A stretch of 64,000 bases of DNA from an uncultured Bacteroidia bacterium (GCA_943789165.1 CALSTB010000003.1:191980-255979); one strand, 5' to 3'. Positions 1 to 11,210 are shown, counted from the first letter of the stretch. The notes: a model not told the origin generated them from the letters alone. Program-made: numbers and translations.

Positions 1-1
1 G

Positions 2-790
2 ATGCAAGATGGCAAAGCGCTTCAAATGGGGACTTCACACTTTTTAGGTCAGAATTTCGCTGAAGCGTTTGATGTAAAATACACAACTAAAGAGGGCAAG
101 CAGGAATATGTTTGGGCTACAAGTTGGGGTGTTTCAACTAGGCTAATGGGAGCACTCATTATGACGCATAGCGATGATGAGGGTTTAGTTTTACCTCCAA
201 AACTTGCTCCGATACAAGTTGTGATAGTACCTATATATAAAGGTCTTGAGCAATTAGAAGAGATTTCTAAAATTGCCAATGACATTAAATCTAACCTAGA
301 AGCCATCGGCATTTCGGTAAAATTCGATGATAGGGATACGCACAAACCAGGTTACAAATTTGCGGAATGGGAGCTAAAAGGAGTTCCGGTGCGCATTGCT
401 ATGGGGCCAAGAGATCTTAAAAATGGTTCGGTAGAAGTAGCACGTCGAGATACCAAGGAAAAAGAAACACTTCAAATAAGTGATTTACCAAACAAGGTGT
501 CACATTTACTAAAGGCTATTCAAGATAATCTTTTCCTTAGAGCAGAAACCTTTAGGGACAATCACATTACGAATGTGAATACCTGGGATGAATTTAAAGA
601 GGTGTTGGAAAAGAAAACTGGATTTATTTCGGCGCATTGGGATGGTACAAGTGAAACAGAAGAAAAAATTAAACAAGAAACTAAAGCGACCATTAGATGC
701 ATTCCATTTGACGGAAAAGAAGAAAGTGGTTCTTGCGTTTTAACAGGCAATCCGTCGAAAAGGCGGGTATTGTTTGCTAAGGCTTACTAA
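2..790 (+). CDS. proS: prolyl-tRNA synthetase, C-terminal part (5' end lies outside the window)
   Basis: The ORF is open to the window edge. It contains the class II aaRS region [10 protein letters not shown], an anticodon-binding domain (VVIVPIY...) and the C-terminal ProRS domain ending RVLFAKAY, as in archaeal/eukaryote-like ProRS of Bacteroidota. Confidence 0.9.
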   Translation: MQDGKALQMGTSHFLGQNFAEAFDVKYTTKEGKQEYVWATSWGVSTRLMGALIMTHSDDEGLVLPPKLAPIQVVIVPIYKGLEQLEEISKIANDIKSNLEAIGISVKFDDRDTHKPGYKFAEWELKGVPVRIAMGPRDLKNGSVEVARRDTKEKETLQISDLPNKVSHLLKAIQDNLFLRAETFRDNHITNVNTWDEFKEVLEKKTGFISAHWDGTSETEEKIKQETKATIRCIPFDGKEESGSCVLTGNPSKRRVLFAKAY

Positions 791-811
791 TATTATGCTT
801 ATATTATAGGC

Positions 812-1027
812 ATGGAAAACTTCACGATACTTCACACCTTTTTTAATAGTATTGACGCACACAACGCGAAGAATCATCTAGATAGTTGCGGCATCTTTAC
901 CCAAATAATGGGAGACATTAACGCCACTACGTATAACGTATTCACTCAAGCGAACGGAGGTATTCAATTGTTAGTTCACAAAGATGACTATGAAAAAGCC
1001 ATTGAGTTATTAAACTTATCTGTTTAG
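812..1027 (+). CDS. small DUF2007-like protein (putative signal-transducing fold)
   Basis: 71-aa ORF. Its pattern (hydrophobic start, AHNAKNHLDSCGI, LLVHKDDYEKAIELL) resembles DUF2007 family members. Confidence 0.5.
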   Translation: MENFTILHTFFNSIDAHNAKNHLDSCGIFTQIMGDINATTYNVFTQANGGIQLLVHKDDYEKAIELLNLSV

Positions 1028-1045
1028 GTAAACTACCTTCGTTGT

Positions 1046-2059
1046 GTGAAAATTAACACCAAAGACGCTTTTCAATATATTAAAACATTGAGGCCTAGCA
1101 GGCTCTTCAATATGTCTAAGGTAGTTAGTAGCTACTTTGTTTCGAGGCTAACTGGCGTCAATAAGCACAAAGGATTTCCTATTGCAATAAGTATTGAACC
1201 GACCACTTCTTGTAATTTACGCTGCCCTCAATGTCCAAGTGGTTTGCGACAATTTACTCGGGATACAGGCATGCTTAACACTGATTTGAACAAAAAAATC
1301 ATTGATGAATTAAAATCCACTTTAACCTACATTACGTATTACTTTCAAGGGGAACCGTACCTAAACACTGATTTTTTGGAAATGGTGTCGTATGCGTCTA
1401 AACATAATATATATACAGCTACAAGTACCAATGCACATTATCTAACTCCTGAAGTTGCTAAGTCAACAATTGACTCCGGATTAAACCGGTTGATTATATC
1501 ATTGGATGGCACAAGTCAGGAAACATATTCAAAATACAGAATAGGCGGAAATCTAAAAAAGGTATTGGAAGGAACCAAGAATATTGTCGAGGCAAAAAAG
1601 AAGGCTGGGCACGGTCCATATATTATTTGGCAATTCATCGTTTTTGGACACAATGAGCACCAAATTGACGAGATAAAAATGCTGGCAAAAGAATATGGGG
1701 TGGATGAATTAGGTATAAAAACGGCTCAGATCTATGATTTTGAAACAAATTTGTCACTAATTCCAGAAAATGATAGATACGCTAGATATTCAAAAGACGG
1801 TTCCCCAAAAATTAAAAATAAGTTACTCAATCATTGTTGGCGATTATGGCACAGTTGTGTCGTAACATGGGATGGAAAAATTGCTCCCTGTTGCTTTGAC
1901 AAAGACGCAAGCCACCAATTTGGGGACCTTAGGACGACTCAGTTTAAGGATATTTGGCAAAATACTCAATATAATGCGTTTCGAAAACTTGTTTTAAAGT
2001 CGCGTAAAAACATTGATATATGTCAGAATTGTACCGAAGGGACAAAGATCTGGGCTTAG
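1046..2059 (+). CDS. radical SAM protein with a C-terminal Cys-rich SPASM-like region
   Basis: GTG start. The CNLRCPQC (CX3CX2C) radical SAM cluster motif lies near the N-terminus. Further Cys motifs (CCFDKD, CQNC) lie near the C-terminus. Confidence 0.8.
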   Translation: MKINTKDAFQYIKTLRPSRLFNMSKVVSSYFVSRLTGVNKHKGFPIAISIEPTTSCNLRCPQCPSGLRQFTRDTGMLNTDLNKKIIDELKSTLTYITYYFQGEPYLNTDFLEMVSYASKHNIYTATSTNAHYLTPEVAKSTIDSGLNRLIISLDGTSQETYSKYRIGGNLKKVLEGTKNIVEAKKKAGHGPYIIWQFIVFGHNEHQIDEIKMLAKEYGVDELGIKTAQIYDFETNLSLIPENDRYARYSKDGSPKIKNKLLNHCWRLWHSCVVTWDGKIAPCCFDKDASHQFGDLRTTQFKDIWQNTQYNAFRKLVLKSRKNIDICQNCTEGTKIWA

Positions 2060-2203
2060 TTTGTAACCTCCACATTGTCAAAAAATTAAAAATAAAATCA
2101 AAATTTTTTTTATTTATCTAAGAACGCTTAATATTGTTGTGTGAGATTTATATGACATTACATGTAAACTCTAGTAAAACTTTATTGAGAAAACTTAAAA
2201 GAA

Positions 2204-3283
2204 ATGAATAAGAAAATCTTTGTTTCCTGTGCTATTCTAGCACTATCATTAATTGGAGTTGGCGACGTTGTTGCTCAAAACTACTTGCACAAATTTGGAT
2301 TTGAAATTAATGGTGGACTTAGAGAATATGGTGGAGATCGCGGAACGCGGTACTTTTTGGCAGAAAAGCCGGATTACCAAGCAGTTGGTGGTTCGTTCGG
2401 ATATTATGTAAATCCATCTTTTGATGCCATCGTTACGGCATCAGTTGGAGAATTAGGTCATAGAGATGATAGCTATCCACGTAAACTTGGCTTTACCGCT
2501 CAAGTAACCGACTTAACCCTTGGACTTCGCTTCAAGTTCACAAACGGGAAAATCATGAACGAAGACAGTCGTATTCGTCCATTCCTAAATGCAGGATGGG
2601 GTGGTATGCAGTCTATCTCAAGAATTATTCATGAGCAACCAGGTTATGATGAGAACTTTGTGAACAATCGTTCATGGATTGCTGCTCACTGGAATGCAGG
2701 TGGTGGTGTTCGAATCGCTCTTACAGATTTTTTAGATTTGACATTACAGTCTAGTTACAACTATACGTACGACGACAACTATGATGGTTTGCCTTTCTCT
2801 TTAAGCAAGGTTCGTTTGAATGCATTACATGATGCCTTCTTATATCACTCAGCTGGTTTTGTAATTAACTTCGGTGAGAATGATGCCGCTTATAGATTCA
2901 AGCATGAGGAAGAAGTTCCAAAAGAGCTTGTTGAAAAAGTTAATCTTGCTGCTAAGAACATTCATTTTGAAACTGCTAGCTCAACCATTAAAGAATCAAG
3001 TAACGCAGATTTAGACTCAATCGTAAATATCTTGTTGGACAACCCTACACTTAATGTGTATGTGGAAGGCCACACTGACAATGTTGGTGCACCAGATGAC
3101 AACATGAGTTTAAGTCAACGTAGAGCAGATGCTGTTCAGGCTTACTTAATTGCTAAGGGAGTTGATGCCACTAGATTATCATCTAAAGGGTATGGAGATA
3201 CGCAACCAATTGCTGATAACAGTACTCCAGAAGGAAGAGCACTTAACCGTCGTGTTGAGGTGAAATTATATTACAGAAAATAG
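2204..3283 (+). CDS. OmpA-family outer membrane protein (beta-barrel plus OmpA_C peptidoglycan-binding domain)
   Basis: Signal peptide, then a C-terminal OmpA-like motif: HTDNVGAPDDNMSLSQRRADAV ... NRRVEV. Confidence 0.85.
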   Translation: MNKKIFVSCAILALSLIGVGDVVAQNYLHKFGFEINGGLREYGGDRGTRYFLAEKPDYQAVGGSFGYYVNPSFDAIVTASVGELGHRDDSYPRKLGFTAQVTDLTLGLRFKFTNGKIMNEDSRIRPFLNAGWGGMQSISRIIHEQPGYDENFVNNRSWIAAHWNAGGGVRIALTDFLDLTLQSSYNYTYDDNYDGLPFSLSKVRLNALHDAFLYHSAGFVINFGENDAAYRFKHEEEVPKELVEKVNLAAKNIHFETASSTIKESSNADLDSIVNILLDNPTLNVYVEGHTDNVGAPDDNMSLSQRRADAVQAYLIAKGVDATRLSSKGYGDTQPIADNSTPEGRALNRRVEVKLYYRK

Positions 3284-3300
3284 ATTCAAGAATTTGATAT

Positions 3301-3334
3301 AAAAAAAGAGCTGTTGATAACAGCTCTTTTTTTT
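3301..3334. terminator. bidirectional rho-independent terminator between the convergent ompA-like and uvrB genes
   Basis: A-run, then a perfect 9-bp stem AGAGCTGTT/AACAGCTCT with a 3-nt loop, then a T-run. Confidence 0.7.
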
Positions 3335-3354
3335 GTGGTCTTTTTCTCGATTTG

Positions 3355-5370
3355 TTAGAGCATTTTCTCCAACGCCCCGATTTCGTCTCTAAATCTAGCT
3401 GCTTCAATAAAGTCTAAATCCTTTGCAGCCTTTTTCATCTTGCGTTTGTTTTGTTCTATAGCAGCCTTTAACTGATCCTTAGACATATATTTATATACTG
3501 GGTCGGCAGCTAAGCTTACTTCTGCATCGTTAAAGTAAGGTTTGGCATCTCGCGTCGACTTTCTGTCTGCAACAGACGTTTGCTCCATTATGTCTTCCTT
3601 ACTCTTGTAAATAGTCGTTGGAGTAATACCATGTTTGGTATTGTATTCAATTTGTATTTCACGTCTTCTATTGTTTTCGTCAATCGTTTTCCGCATTGAA
3701 TCCGTAATTCTATCTGCGTATAAAATTACGCGCCCATTTTCGTTTCGCGCTGCCCTTCCAATTGTTTGGGTTAAAGATCTATGGGAACGAAGGAAGCCCT
3801 CCTTGTCTGCATCCAAAATAGCCACTAACGACACCTCTGGAAGATCCAGACCTTCTCTTAAAAGGTTTACCCCTACCAATACATCGTAAACACCCAATCT
3901 CAAATCTCTGAGTATCTCTACCCTATCAAGAGTTTTTACTTCGGAATGAATATAGGCACTACTAATATTTAATCTCTTAAGGTACTTATCAAGTTCCTCC
4001 GCCATCCGTTTGGTTAACGTGGTCACTAAAACACGGTCTCCCTTTTTTACGACAATATCAATTTCATCTAGTAAATCATCAACTTGGTTGACGCAGGGTC
4101 GTACCTCCAAAATCGGGTCTAACAAGCCTGTTGGGCGAATCACTTGCTCGACAATCACACCCTCTGATTCCATTATTTCGTAATCCGCAGGTGTTGCACT
4201 TACATAGACGACTTGATTTACCAAATGTTCAAATTCATCAAACTTCAGTGGACGGTTGTCCATTGCTGCGGGTAGCCTAAACCCGTAATCCACTAAGTTG
4301 ATCTTTCTTGACCGATCACCACCGTACATGGCACGTACTTGAGGTATGGTCACATGACTCTCGTCAACAATCATCAAGTAATCATCAGGGAAATAATCAA
4401 TTAAACAAAAAGGCCTTGAACCTGGTTGCCGATCATCCATATACCGACTGTAGTTTTCAATACCACTACAATAACCCAGTTCTCGAATCATTTCGAGATC
4501 ATACGTTGTGCGTTCTTCAATCCTTTTAGCTTCTAGAGGTTTTTCATTGCTTTCAAAAAAGGCGACTTGCTTCACCATATCGTCTTGGATATGTTTGATT
4601 GCATTGTTGAGCCGGTCTCTTGGTGTTACCCATAAGTTCGCTGGGAATACTGCGGCAATATCCAAGGCTTCAATGGTTTGACCTGAAACAGGATCAATGT
4701 GGGCCAACTCTTCTATTTCATTTCCGAAAAAAGTAACACGGAGTGCATGGTCATCATAGGCTAAAAAAATGTCAACGTTATCTCCTTTTACCCTGAAAGT
4801 CCCTCGCTTAAAATCGGCTGTCGTTCTTGAGTAAAGACTTTCGACCAAAGAATACAAAAGTGTATTACGGCTCATTTTCTCACCTACTTTGAGTCTTATG
4901 ATGCTTGTTTCAAAATCATTTGGATTTCCTGCACCATAAATACAACTCACAGACGCCAAAACAATTACGTCGCGGCGACCGCTGAGTAGAGACGACGTAG
5001 CACTTAGTCTGAGCTTTTCTATCTCATCATTAATTTGAAGGTCCTTTTCGATGTAGGTGTTTGTTGTTGGAAGGAATGCTTCAGGCTGGTAATAATCGTA
5101 GTATGAAACAAAATATTCCACCGCATTTTCCGGAAAGAATTGTTTGAATTCGCCGTAAAGTTGAGCAACAAGTGTTTTGTTGTGACTGATGATAATGGTC
5201 GGACGTTGCACTTCTTGGATGACGTTGGCCATGGTAAATGTCTTACCTGAGCCTGTTACACCCAATAATGTTTGACTTTTCAATCCTCCTTCAAGGCCCT
5301 CGGTTAGCTGTCTAATTGCTTCTGGTTGATCCCCTTTTGGTTCGAAGGTTGAATTGAGTTTGAACGGCAT
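3355..5370 (-). CDS. uvrB: excinuclease ABC subunit B
   Basis: 671 aa with Walker A GVTGSGKT, helicase motifs and the C-terminal UVR domain (AARFRDEI). Confidence 0.97.
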   Translation of the reverse strand: MPFKLNSTFEPKGDQPEAIRQLTEGLEGGLKSQTLLGVTGSGKTFTMANVIQEVQRPTIIISHNKTLVAQLYGEFKQFFPENAVEYFVSYYDYYQPEAFLPTTNTYIEKDLQINDEIEKLRLSATSSLLSGRRDVIVLASVSCIYGAGNPNDFETSIIRLKVGEKMSRNTLLYSLVESLYSRTTADFKRGTFRVKGDNVDIFLAYDDHALRVTFFGNEIEELAHIDPVSGQTIEALDIAAVFPANLWVTPRDRLNNAIKHIQDDMVKQVAFFESNEKPLEAKRIEERTTYDLEMIRELGYCSGIENYSRYMDDRQPGSRPFCLIDYFPDDYLMIVDESHVTIPQVRAMYGGDRSRKINLVDYGFRLPAAMDNRPLKFDEFEHLVNQVVYVSATPADYEIMESEGVIVEQVIRPTGLLDPILEVRPCVNQVDDLLDEIDIVVKKGDRVLVTTLTKRMAEELDKYLKRLNISSAYIHSEVKTLDRVEILRDLRLGVYDVLVGVNLLREGLDLPEVSLVAILDADKEGFLRSHRSLTQTIGRAARNENGRVILYADRITDSMRKTIDENNRRREIQIEYNTKHGITPTTIYKSKEDIMEQTSVADRKSTRDAKPYFNDAEVSLAADPVYKYMSKDQLKAAIEQNKRKMKKAAKDLDFIEAARFRDEIGALEKML

Positions 5371-5404
5371 ATGGCAAAAATAACCTCAGCCAGCGGAAAC
5401 CATT

Positions 5405-6919
5405 TTAATTTTTCATTAAAGCTAAGATCTCTTCAACGATTTTTCGATCGTTTGACAAACGAGGAACTTTATTCTGCCCCCCTAATTTGCCTTTTTCCTT
5501 CATCCATTTGTAAAACGTTCCTTGATTACACACATGAATTTGTGGTGGTTTTAATGCCATGTCTCCAGCCCGTTTTGCTTCATAATCTGAATTAACTGAC
5601 TTTAATAGGGTATCTAGTTCATATTGAAACTGTTTGATACTGTCGGGCGCTTTTTCAAATTCAATTAACCACTGATGTCCCCCTGACTCCTCATTCTCGA
5701 GATAAACAGGCGCCGCGGTATACTCCTTTATTTCCGCATTGGTCCTTTTACAGGCTTCCGCCATCGCAACTTCCGCATTGTCAATCATCAATTCTTCGCC
5801 AAATGCATTTATAAATAGCTTTGTTCTACCTGTGATCCTAAATCTAAAAGGCTTAACACTTGTAAACATAACTGTGTCTCCAAGCATATAACGCCACAAA
5901 CCTGCATTTGTCGTAATGATTATCGCATAATTTTTATCGACTTCAACCTCTTCCAGTGTTTTGGTTTTTGGTTCTGTTTTTCCCAGGTCACTCATGGGCA
6001 TAAACTCATAGTAAATGCCATAATCCATCATGAGCAATAAGTCACCTGTTGGTTCCAGTGTGTCTTGTATCCCGAAGAAACCTTCCGATGCATTATAGGT
6101 TTCCATGTATTTCATTTTATCAGATGGAATGAGCTTATTGAATGGTCGACGATATGGATCAAAGCCAACTCCACCGTGCATATATAATTCTAGGTTTGGC
6201 CATATTTCTAGGATATTACTAGCTCCTGTTTTGTGAAGAATCCTGTTCATCAGAAGCATTGTCCATGTTGGCACCCCTGAAATACTTGTAACATCAACAT
6301 CGAGTGTTGACTGTGCCATTTTTTCCAATTTCACTTCCCAATCGCTCATTAAGGCAATCTCCTGTTTCGGTGTTCTCAGTAAGTTTACCCAGAACGGAAG
6401 GTTGTTCATCATCACTGCTGAAAGGTCTCCACAATAAGAATTGCTATCAAGCCGATTGATTTCATGACTTCCGCCAATCATCAAACTTTTCCCTTCAAAA
6501 ATTTTACTATCGGGGTTGTTGTGACAATAAAGCGTCATCAAATCTCTGGCACCTCTAAACTGACATTCGTCGAGTGCTTCAAAGCTTACAGGAATAAATT
6601 TACTTTTCTCAGACGTAGTGCCAGATGATTTTGCGAACCATTTAATTTCAGTTGGCCATAGCTCATGTTGGTGACCTGCCATCAATCTCATGATATATGG
6701 CTTTAAACTTTCATAAGTTTGAATAGGTACGTTGTTTCTGTAATCGTTGGGATTTAACAGTGAATTATATCCGTGCAATTTTCCAAAGACAGTTTGTTTT
6801 CCTGCCTCTATTAATGACTCCCATAAATTATGCTGGACCTCGAATGGATTTTCAATGCCATATTGCACTTGTTGTATTCTTTTTTTGAAATACCATGATA
6901 TGACAGAGTTAAAAAGCAT
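5405..6919 (-). CDS. GH3 auxin-responsive-promoter family protein (acyl-adenylate-forming fold)
   Basis: 504 aa. The N-terminal region WYFKKRIQQV...FGKLHGY and overall layout match the GH3 family common in Bacteroidota. Confidence 0.8.
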   Translation of the reverse strand: MLFNSVISWYFKKRIQQVQYGIENPFEVQHNLWESLIEAGKQTVFGKLHGYNSLLNPNDYRNNVPIQTYESLKPYIMRLMAGHQHELWPTEIKWFAKSSGTTSEKSKFIPVSFEALDECQFRGARDLMTLYCHNNPDSKIFEGKSLMIGGSHEINRLDSNSYCGDLSAVMMNNLPFWVNLLRTPKQEIALMSDWEVKLEKMAQSTLDVDVTSISGVPTWTMLLMNRILHKTGASNILEIWPNLELYMHGGVGFDPYRRPFNKLIPSDKMKYMETYNASEGFFGIQDTLEPTGDLLLMMDYGIYYEFMPMSDLGKTEPKTKTLEEVEVDKNYAIIITTNAGLWRYMLGDTVMFTSVKPFRFRITGRTKLFINAFGEELMIDNAEVAMAEACKRTNAEIKEYTAAPVYLENEESGGHQWLIEFEKAPDSIKQFQYELDTLLKSVNSDYEAKRAGDMALKPPQIHVCNQGTFYKWMKEKGKLGGQNKVPRLSNDRKIVEEILALMKN

Positions 6920-7068
6920 CTACCAAATGTAATATTTATGTCATACAAATACAATATCGCATTTCTGATGAAACTTTTTGTCAGGACTGTGTCTATGGAA
7001 TAGGTTAAACACATATATTTGGTGTACAATATTTAAGAAAAGTAGTATTTATCAACATTAATAAACAA

Positions 7069-10000
7069 ATGAAAAACAGGTTTACAAGTTTAAAAATTAA
7101 GAATCTTGGTTCGTGGAATCGATTTTCTTTACTGTTGGCTGCAGTAATTCTTTCCGCTGTATCCGTTTCGGCACAGTATTGTCAATCCGGATGGCAGAAC
7201 GCTTATTGTTCACTCAACGGAATGTCAATTGAGTCCGTAACGATTAGCACAAGTGGTACCACTATTTATAGTAAGGCTGCCGACGGTTGTAACGGAACCA
7301 CTACCTCGAGTAGTACGTTAATTACATCAACCTCTGCCTTTACATTAAACGGCGGTTCAAACTATGACATCGCAATTGGTTGTGGTCGATTCCCTATGAA
7401 TATGGGCGTTTGGATTGATCTAAACAATGATCAAGATTTTGATGACGCTGGAGAATTTGTTTCCTCTTCTTGGACTCAACAAGCAGCAAACTCGACGAAG
7501 ACCTATTCATTTACGGTTGGTTGTAAAAACATCAAAACAGGTGTTACTAGAATGCGTATTAAAGGTGATTACTACTTAGGTAATACTCACTCAGCGACTT
7601 CTTCTTGTAATACTTTGTCTTATGGTGAAGAAGAAGATTACACTATGACATTAGCGGTTTCTGGAACATTAGCAGCTGGATTCTTCATGGTTGATACTGC
7701 CTTCGTTAAGACTAAAGTAAACATGATTAACAATAACCAAACTGGTTATCAGTATCATGGTTGGGACATCGGAGACGACGGATCAATTGATTACACAACA
7801 ACTAACGTTACAGAAAAATTCACTTCAACAGGTAAATACTGTGTGAGACTTTATTCTGAAAACTGTTTAGGTAGAGACTCTTCGTTAAGATGTATTGAAA
7901 TCGTAACTCCAACTGCACCTCCAGTGGCTGATTTCGTATCTAGCTCAAACGCAGTTGAATTATATAATACTTTCCAGTTAACCGACCTTTCTACGAATGG
8001 TGCGATTTATTGGGAGTGGTTTATGTATCAACAAGCGGATTCAGCTGGAACACACATCGACATCGCTCAAGGTGGTTCTGATGCAGATCAAAACCCAGAA
8101 GTATTCTCTGCTAAGGGCATTCCAGGTTTCCCAGATGTTGGAAAATGGTGTGTTGGTTTGACTTCTTCAAACGACATTGGTGCTTCTGTAACTATGATTA
8201 AAAAGGACTACATCGAAATCCTTAAGGGTTGTGACGTAGAAATGGGTCCTGGTACTTTGACTTCAATTTCTGGTAACGTAATTACTTGTACTGCAGGTAC
8301 AATGATTAGTAAGACTGATGGTTCTGGTAACTATTCTGCAAACGAAAATGGCCTTGACGCCTTAATCGCTCCTTGTGGTGCGACTTCTATAACCTTCACT
8401 TTTGACAAGTGGAAAGTAAAAGCTGGTGTTAACTTAAAAGTATATGACGGTCAAGATGCAACTGGAATTGCATTACACCCTAACAATGGATTTGATGCAT
8501 CTAATGCACCTACTACCCCAGTCGTTGCTAAATCTGGCGCTTTATATTTCTTATGGAATTCAGGTGCTGCTACTGACGAAGGATTTTTAGGTCACTGGAC
8601 TTCAACTATTGGAAGCCAAGCGCCTCCAGTTGCAAGTTTTGCTGGTCCAGATACTATTTACAACGCAGTATTTAACAAGTTCGAAAACACGTCTCAAAAC
8701 GCAGTTGGAGAAGTATTTTATACATGGGAAGTAGATGGTAACTTAGAAAGCAATGCCAAAAACTTAGATTATATCTCTTTCAGTAACAAGACTTACAACA
8801 TCTGTTTAACAGTTGAGACTTGTGCTGGTAAAAACAAATCTTGTAGAAACATCGTTGTTGCGCCAATCACGTCTAAAACTAACTTAGATTTTGAAGCTGA
8901 CAACAGACGTCCAAAAGCTGGTGACGATATCACCTTTACAAGTATTGCTGATAAAGCAAACTCATTTAAGTGGACATTCTTCCCAAGTACTTCTGTAACC
9001 TTTACAGGTGGAACGGATGAATTCTCTGCAAATCCTCAAGTAGCATTCTCTGCTCCTGGTAAGTACACTGTATCTTTAAAAGGATGGAATAACTTATCTC
9101 CAACAGATTCAGCTACTTCATACGCACAGGTAATTAAGGACCAATACATCATTGTAATTGATTACTGTAAGCCAGTTATTGGTGTAACTACTAGTACTGA
9201 CGTTGCCATTAGCCAAGTAATCTTGGAAGACAATGCAACTCCAAGAGCAACTTTAATTGACAACGAGTCAACTGAAGAAATTGGATACACTAATTTCATC
9301 GAAGACATCAGAGCTGCTGAATTAACGTTTGGTGGCACTTACAACTTAACAATCGCTAGACAAACAAGTGCCAACAAAGTGAACCGTAAGGTATGGATTG
9401 ATTGGAACATTGATGGTGATTTTGATGACAACGGTGAGTTGGTATTAAATGAAGGCACAACTCAAAACAAAGTTGTTATGGGTAGCTTTACTGTACCTGA
9501 CTTAGCAAATTCATTTGAAGGAACAACTAGAATGAGAGTTGGTATTAGCTATAACAATGATCCTAACATGCCATGTGGTGCTTCAAGTGGAGTTGCCGGT
9601 GCAAACAGAATTGGAGAATTTGAAGATTACGCTTTAATCTTAGCGAATGACAACACTACTCCGATCATTACTCTAAATGGTTCTGATACTGTTTATGTAG
9701 AAGTTGGATCAACTTATGCGGATGCAGGTGCAACTGCTTATGACCCAACTGAAGGTGATATCTCATCTCGTTTAACTTCATCAAGCGACGTTGATGATCA
9801 AGCAGCAGGTATCTACTATGTTACTTACTGTGTATCTGATGCATCAGGTAACGCTGCTCCATGTGTAACACGTGTTGTATATGTGGTAGTTGACCAGTCT
9901 GCTCCAGAATTGACTTTATTAGGTGCTGATACCGTTTATGTTGACGTAATCACTGGTAAGTATACTGAGCCAGGCTTTACTGCAATTGACAAAACGGATG

Positions 10001-11187
10001 GTGACCTTAAAACAGCTGTTCAGGTAACTGGATCAGTAGATATCTTCAAAATTGGATCTTACACCTTGACTTATACAGTTCAAGATGCACAATCTAACGT
10101 TGCAACAGCAACAAGAACTGTAATCGTTCGTGACTTGGTATTCCCAACAATCACTAATGATGAAATGAAAGCTGGAAACATTGTAGAAGTACAATTACAA
10201 TCTGTATTCGTTGATAGAACTGTTCCTGCTGATAACTACAGCAACGGTACTTTCGGTCCACGTTTCACTTATGTAATCTCTCCTTCTAACGCACAAGGTG
10301 ATGCAGACGTTGATACAAGAGTAAAAGGAACAACTGTAGTTACTTACAAAGTGACTGACGAGTCAATGAACGAAACTACTTTAGTTATTAACTACGTAGT
10401 TGAAGATTACATTGCTCCAGTGATTTCTTTGAATACACTTGACACTGTTTATCACAATGTAAACGATCCTTATACACCAGTTAAAGCGAGTGTAACTGAT
10501 AACTTATATGACAATACACAAGTATCGTTGACACGTACAAGTAATGTGAACCCATTCCAATTAGGATTGTACACAGATACTTATACTGCAACGGATGCAT
10601 CTGGTAACGTAACAGTTAGAAACAGATGGGTACGTGTACTTGACAACGAGAGCCCAGAAATTAGCTCTAAAGTTGGACCAATTGTTAAGTTAGGATTGTT
10701 CTCAAATGTACAATTGAGTGAATACTTGAAACTTACTGACAACTACGATTCACCTAAATTATTAGGCGACAATCTTCAAGTAACTTTCAACGACGTAAAC
10801 TTCTACCAAGAAGGTTTCTACGCAGCTGAATTTATTACTACTGATAATTCAGGTAATGTATCTCGTACTTATAGAATGTATGTTGACGTAAGAAGTCATT
10901 ACGAAAGAATCACAAATGGTGTTGAAACCATTGCTGAAGGATCGTTAATGAATATTTATCCTAATCCATCAAATGGTATCTTCAACGTGTCTTTTGACTT
11001 ACCTTCTCAACAAGACGTAACTGTTGCTATCTACGACATGATGGGTAACCAAGTTGCAGACGTAATTGCTGGTCAACTTCAAACAGGTTCTTACACAGTT
11101 GACATGACTGGTAAGGCTGCTGGAATGTACTTTGTACGTATGACTGCAGACAACCAAGTGTTTAACCAAAAAGTAATTATCGACTAA
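7069..11187 (+). CDS. 1372-aa secreted multidomain protein with a T9SS C-terminal sorting domain
   Basis: Signal peptide. Two GEVED-like motifs (GEEEDYTMT, GEFEDYALI). PKD-like segments. At least five tandem Ig-like modules of the DUF5011/HYR type (…TLNGSDTVYVEVGSTYADAGATAYD…). The C-terminus (IYPNPSNGIFNVSF…YFVRM…KVIID) is typical of the Por secretion tail. Confidence 0.85.
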   Translation: MKNRFTSLKIKNLGSWNRFSLLLAAVILSAVSVSAQYCQSGWQNAYCSLNGMSIESVTISTSGTTIYSKAADGCNGTTTSSSTLITSTSAFTLNGGSNYDIAIGCGRFPMNMGVWIDLNNDQDFDDAGEFVSSSWTQQAANSTKTYSFTVGCKNIKTGVTRMRIKGDYYLGNTHSATSSCNTLSYGEEEDYTMTLAVSGTLAAGFFMVDTAFVKTKVNMINNNQTGYQYHGWDIGDDGSIDYTTTNVTEKFTSTGKYCVRLYSENCLGRDSSLRCIEIVTPTAPPVADFVSSSNAVELYNTFQLTDLSTNGAIYWEWFMYQQADSAGTHIDIAQGGSDADQNPEVFSAKGIPGFPDVGKWCVGLTSSNDIGASVTMIKKDYIEILKGCDVEMGPGTLTSISGNVITCTAGTMISKTDGSGNYSANENGLDALIAPCGATSITFTFDKWKVKAGVNLKVYDGQDATGIALHPNNGFDASNAPTTPVVAKSGALYFLWNSGAATDEGFLGHWTSTIGSQAPPVASFAGPDTIYNAVFNKFENTSQNAVGEVFYTWEVDGNLESNAKNLDYISFSNKTYNICLTVETCAGKNKSCRNIVVAPITSKTNLDFEADNRRPKAGDDITFTSIADKANSFKWTFFPSTSVTFTGGTDEFSANPQVAFSAPGKYTVSLKGWNNLSPTDSATSYAQVIKDQYIIVIDYCKPVIGVTTSTDVAISQVILEDNATPRATLIDNESTEEIGYTNFIEDIRAAELTFGGTYNLTIARQTSANKVNRKVWIDWNIDGDFDDNGELVLNEGTTQNKVVMGSFTVPDLANSFEGTTRMRVGISYNNDPNMPCGASSGVAGANRIGEFEDYALILANDNTTPIITLNGSDTVYVEVGSTYADAGATAYDPTEGDISSRLTSSSDVDDQAAGIYYVTYCVSDASGNAAPCVTRVVYVVVDQSAPELTLLGADTVYVDVITGKYTEPGFTAIDKTDGDLKTAVQVTGSVDIFKIGSYTLTYTVQDAQSNVATATRTVIVRDLVFPTITNDEMKAGNIVEVQLQSVFVDRTVPADNYSNGTFGPRFTYVISPSNAQGDADVDTRVKGTTVVTYKVTDESMNETTLVINYVVEDYIAPVISLNTLDTVYHNVNDPYTPVKASVTDNLYDNTQVSLTRTSNVNPFQLGLYTDTYTATDASGNVTVRNRWVRVLDNESPEISSKVGPIVKLGLFSNVQLSEYLKLTDNYDSPKLLGDNLQVTFNDVNFYQEGFYAAEFITTDNSGNVSRTYRMYVDVRSHYERITNGVETIAEGSLMNIYPNPSNGIFNVSFDLPSQQDVTVAIYDMMGNQVADVIAGQLQTGSYTVDMTGKAAGMYFVRMTADNQVFNQKVIID

Positions 11188-11210
11188 TCGATAATCTCTA
11201 ATAAAATTCA

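Noticed and set aside
812-2059. Small ORF followed by a radical SAM/SPASM gene, which could be a RiPP precursor-maturase pair
   Set aside because: The 71-aa protein looks like a folded DUF2007-type domain, not a leader-core peptide with a Cys- or Gly-rich core. No protease or transporter genes are nearby, and the neighbours are housekeeping genes.
3635-6932. Several 60-90-aa ORFs inside or opposite uvrB and the GH3 gene (3635-3889, 4308-4529, 5371-5595, 6747-6932, 6811-7029)
   Set aside because: They overlap long, well-supported genes on the opposite strand or lie in promoter DNA. They have no motifs.
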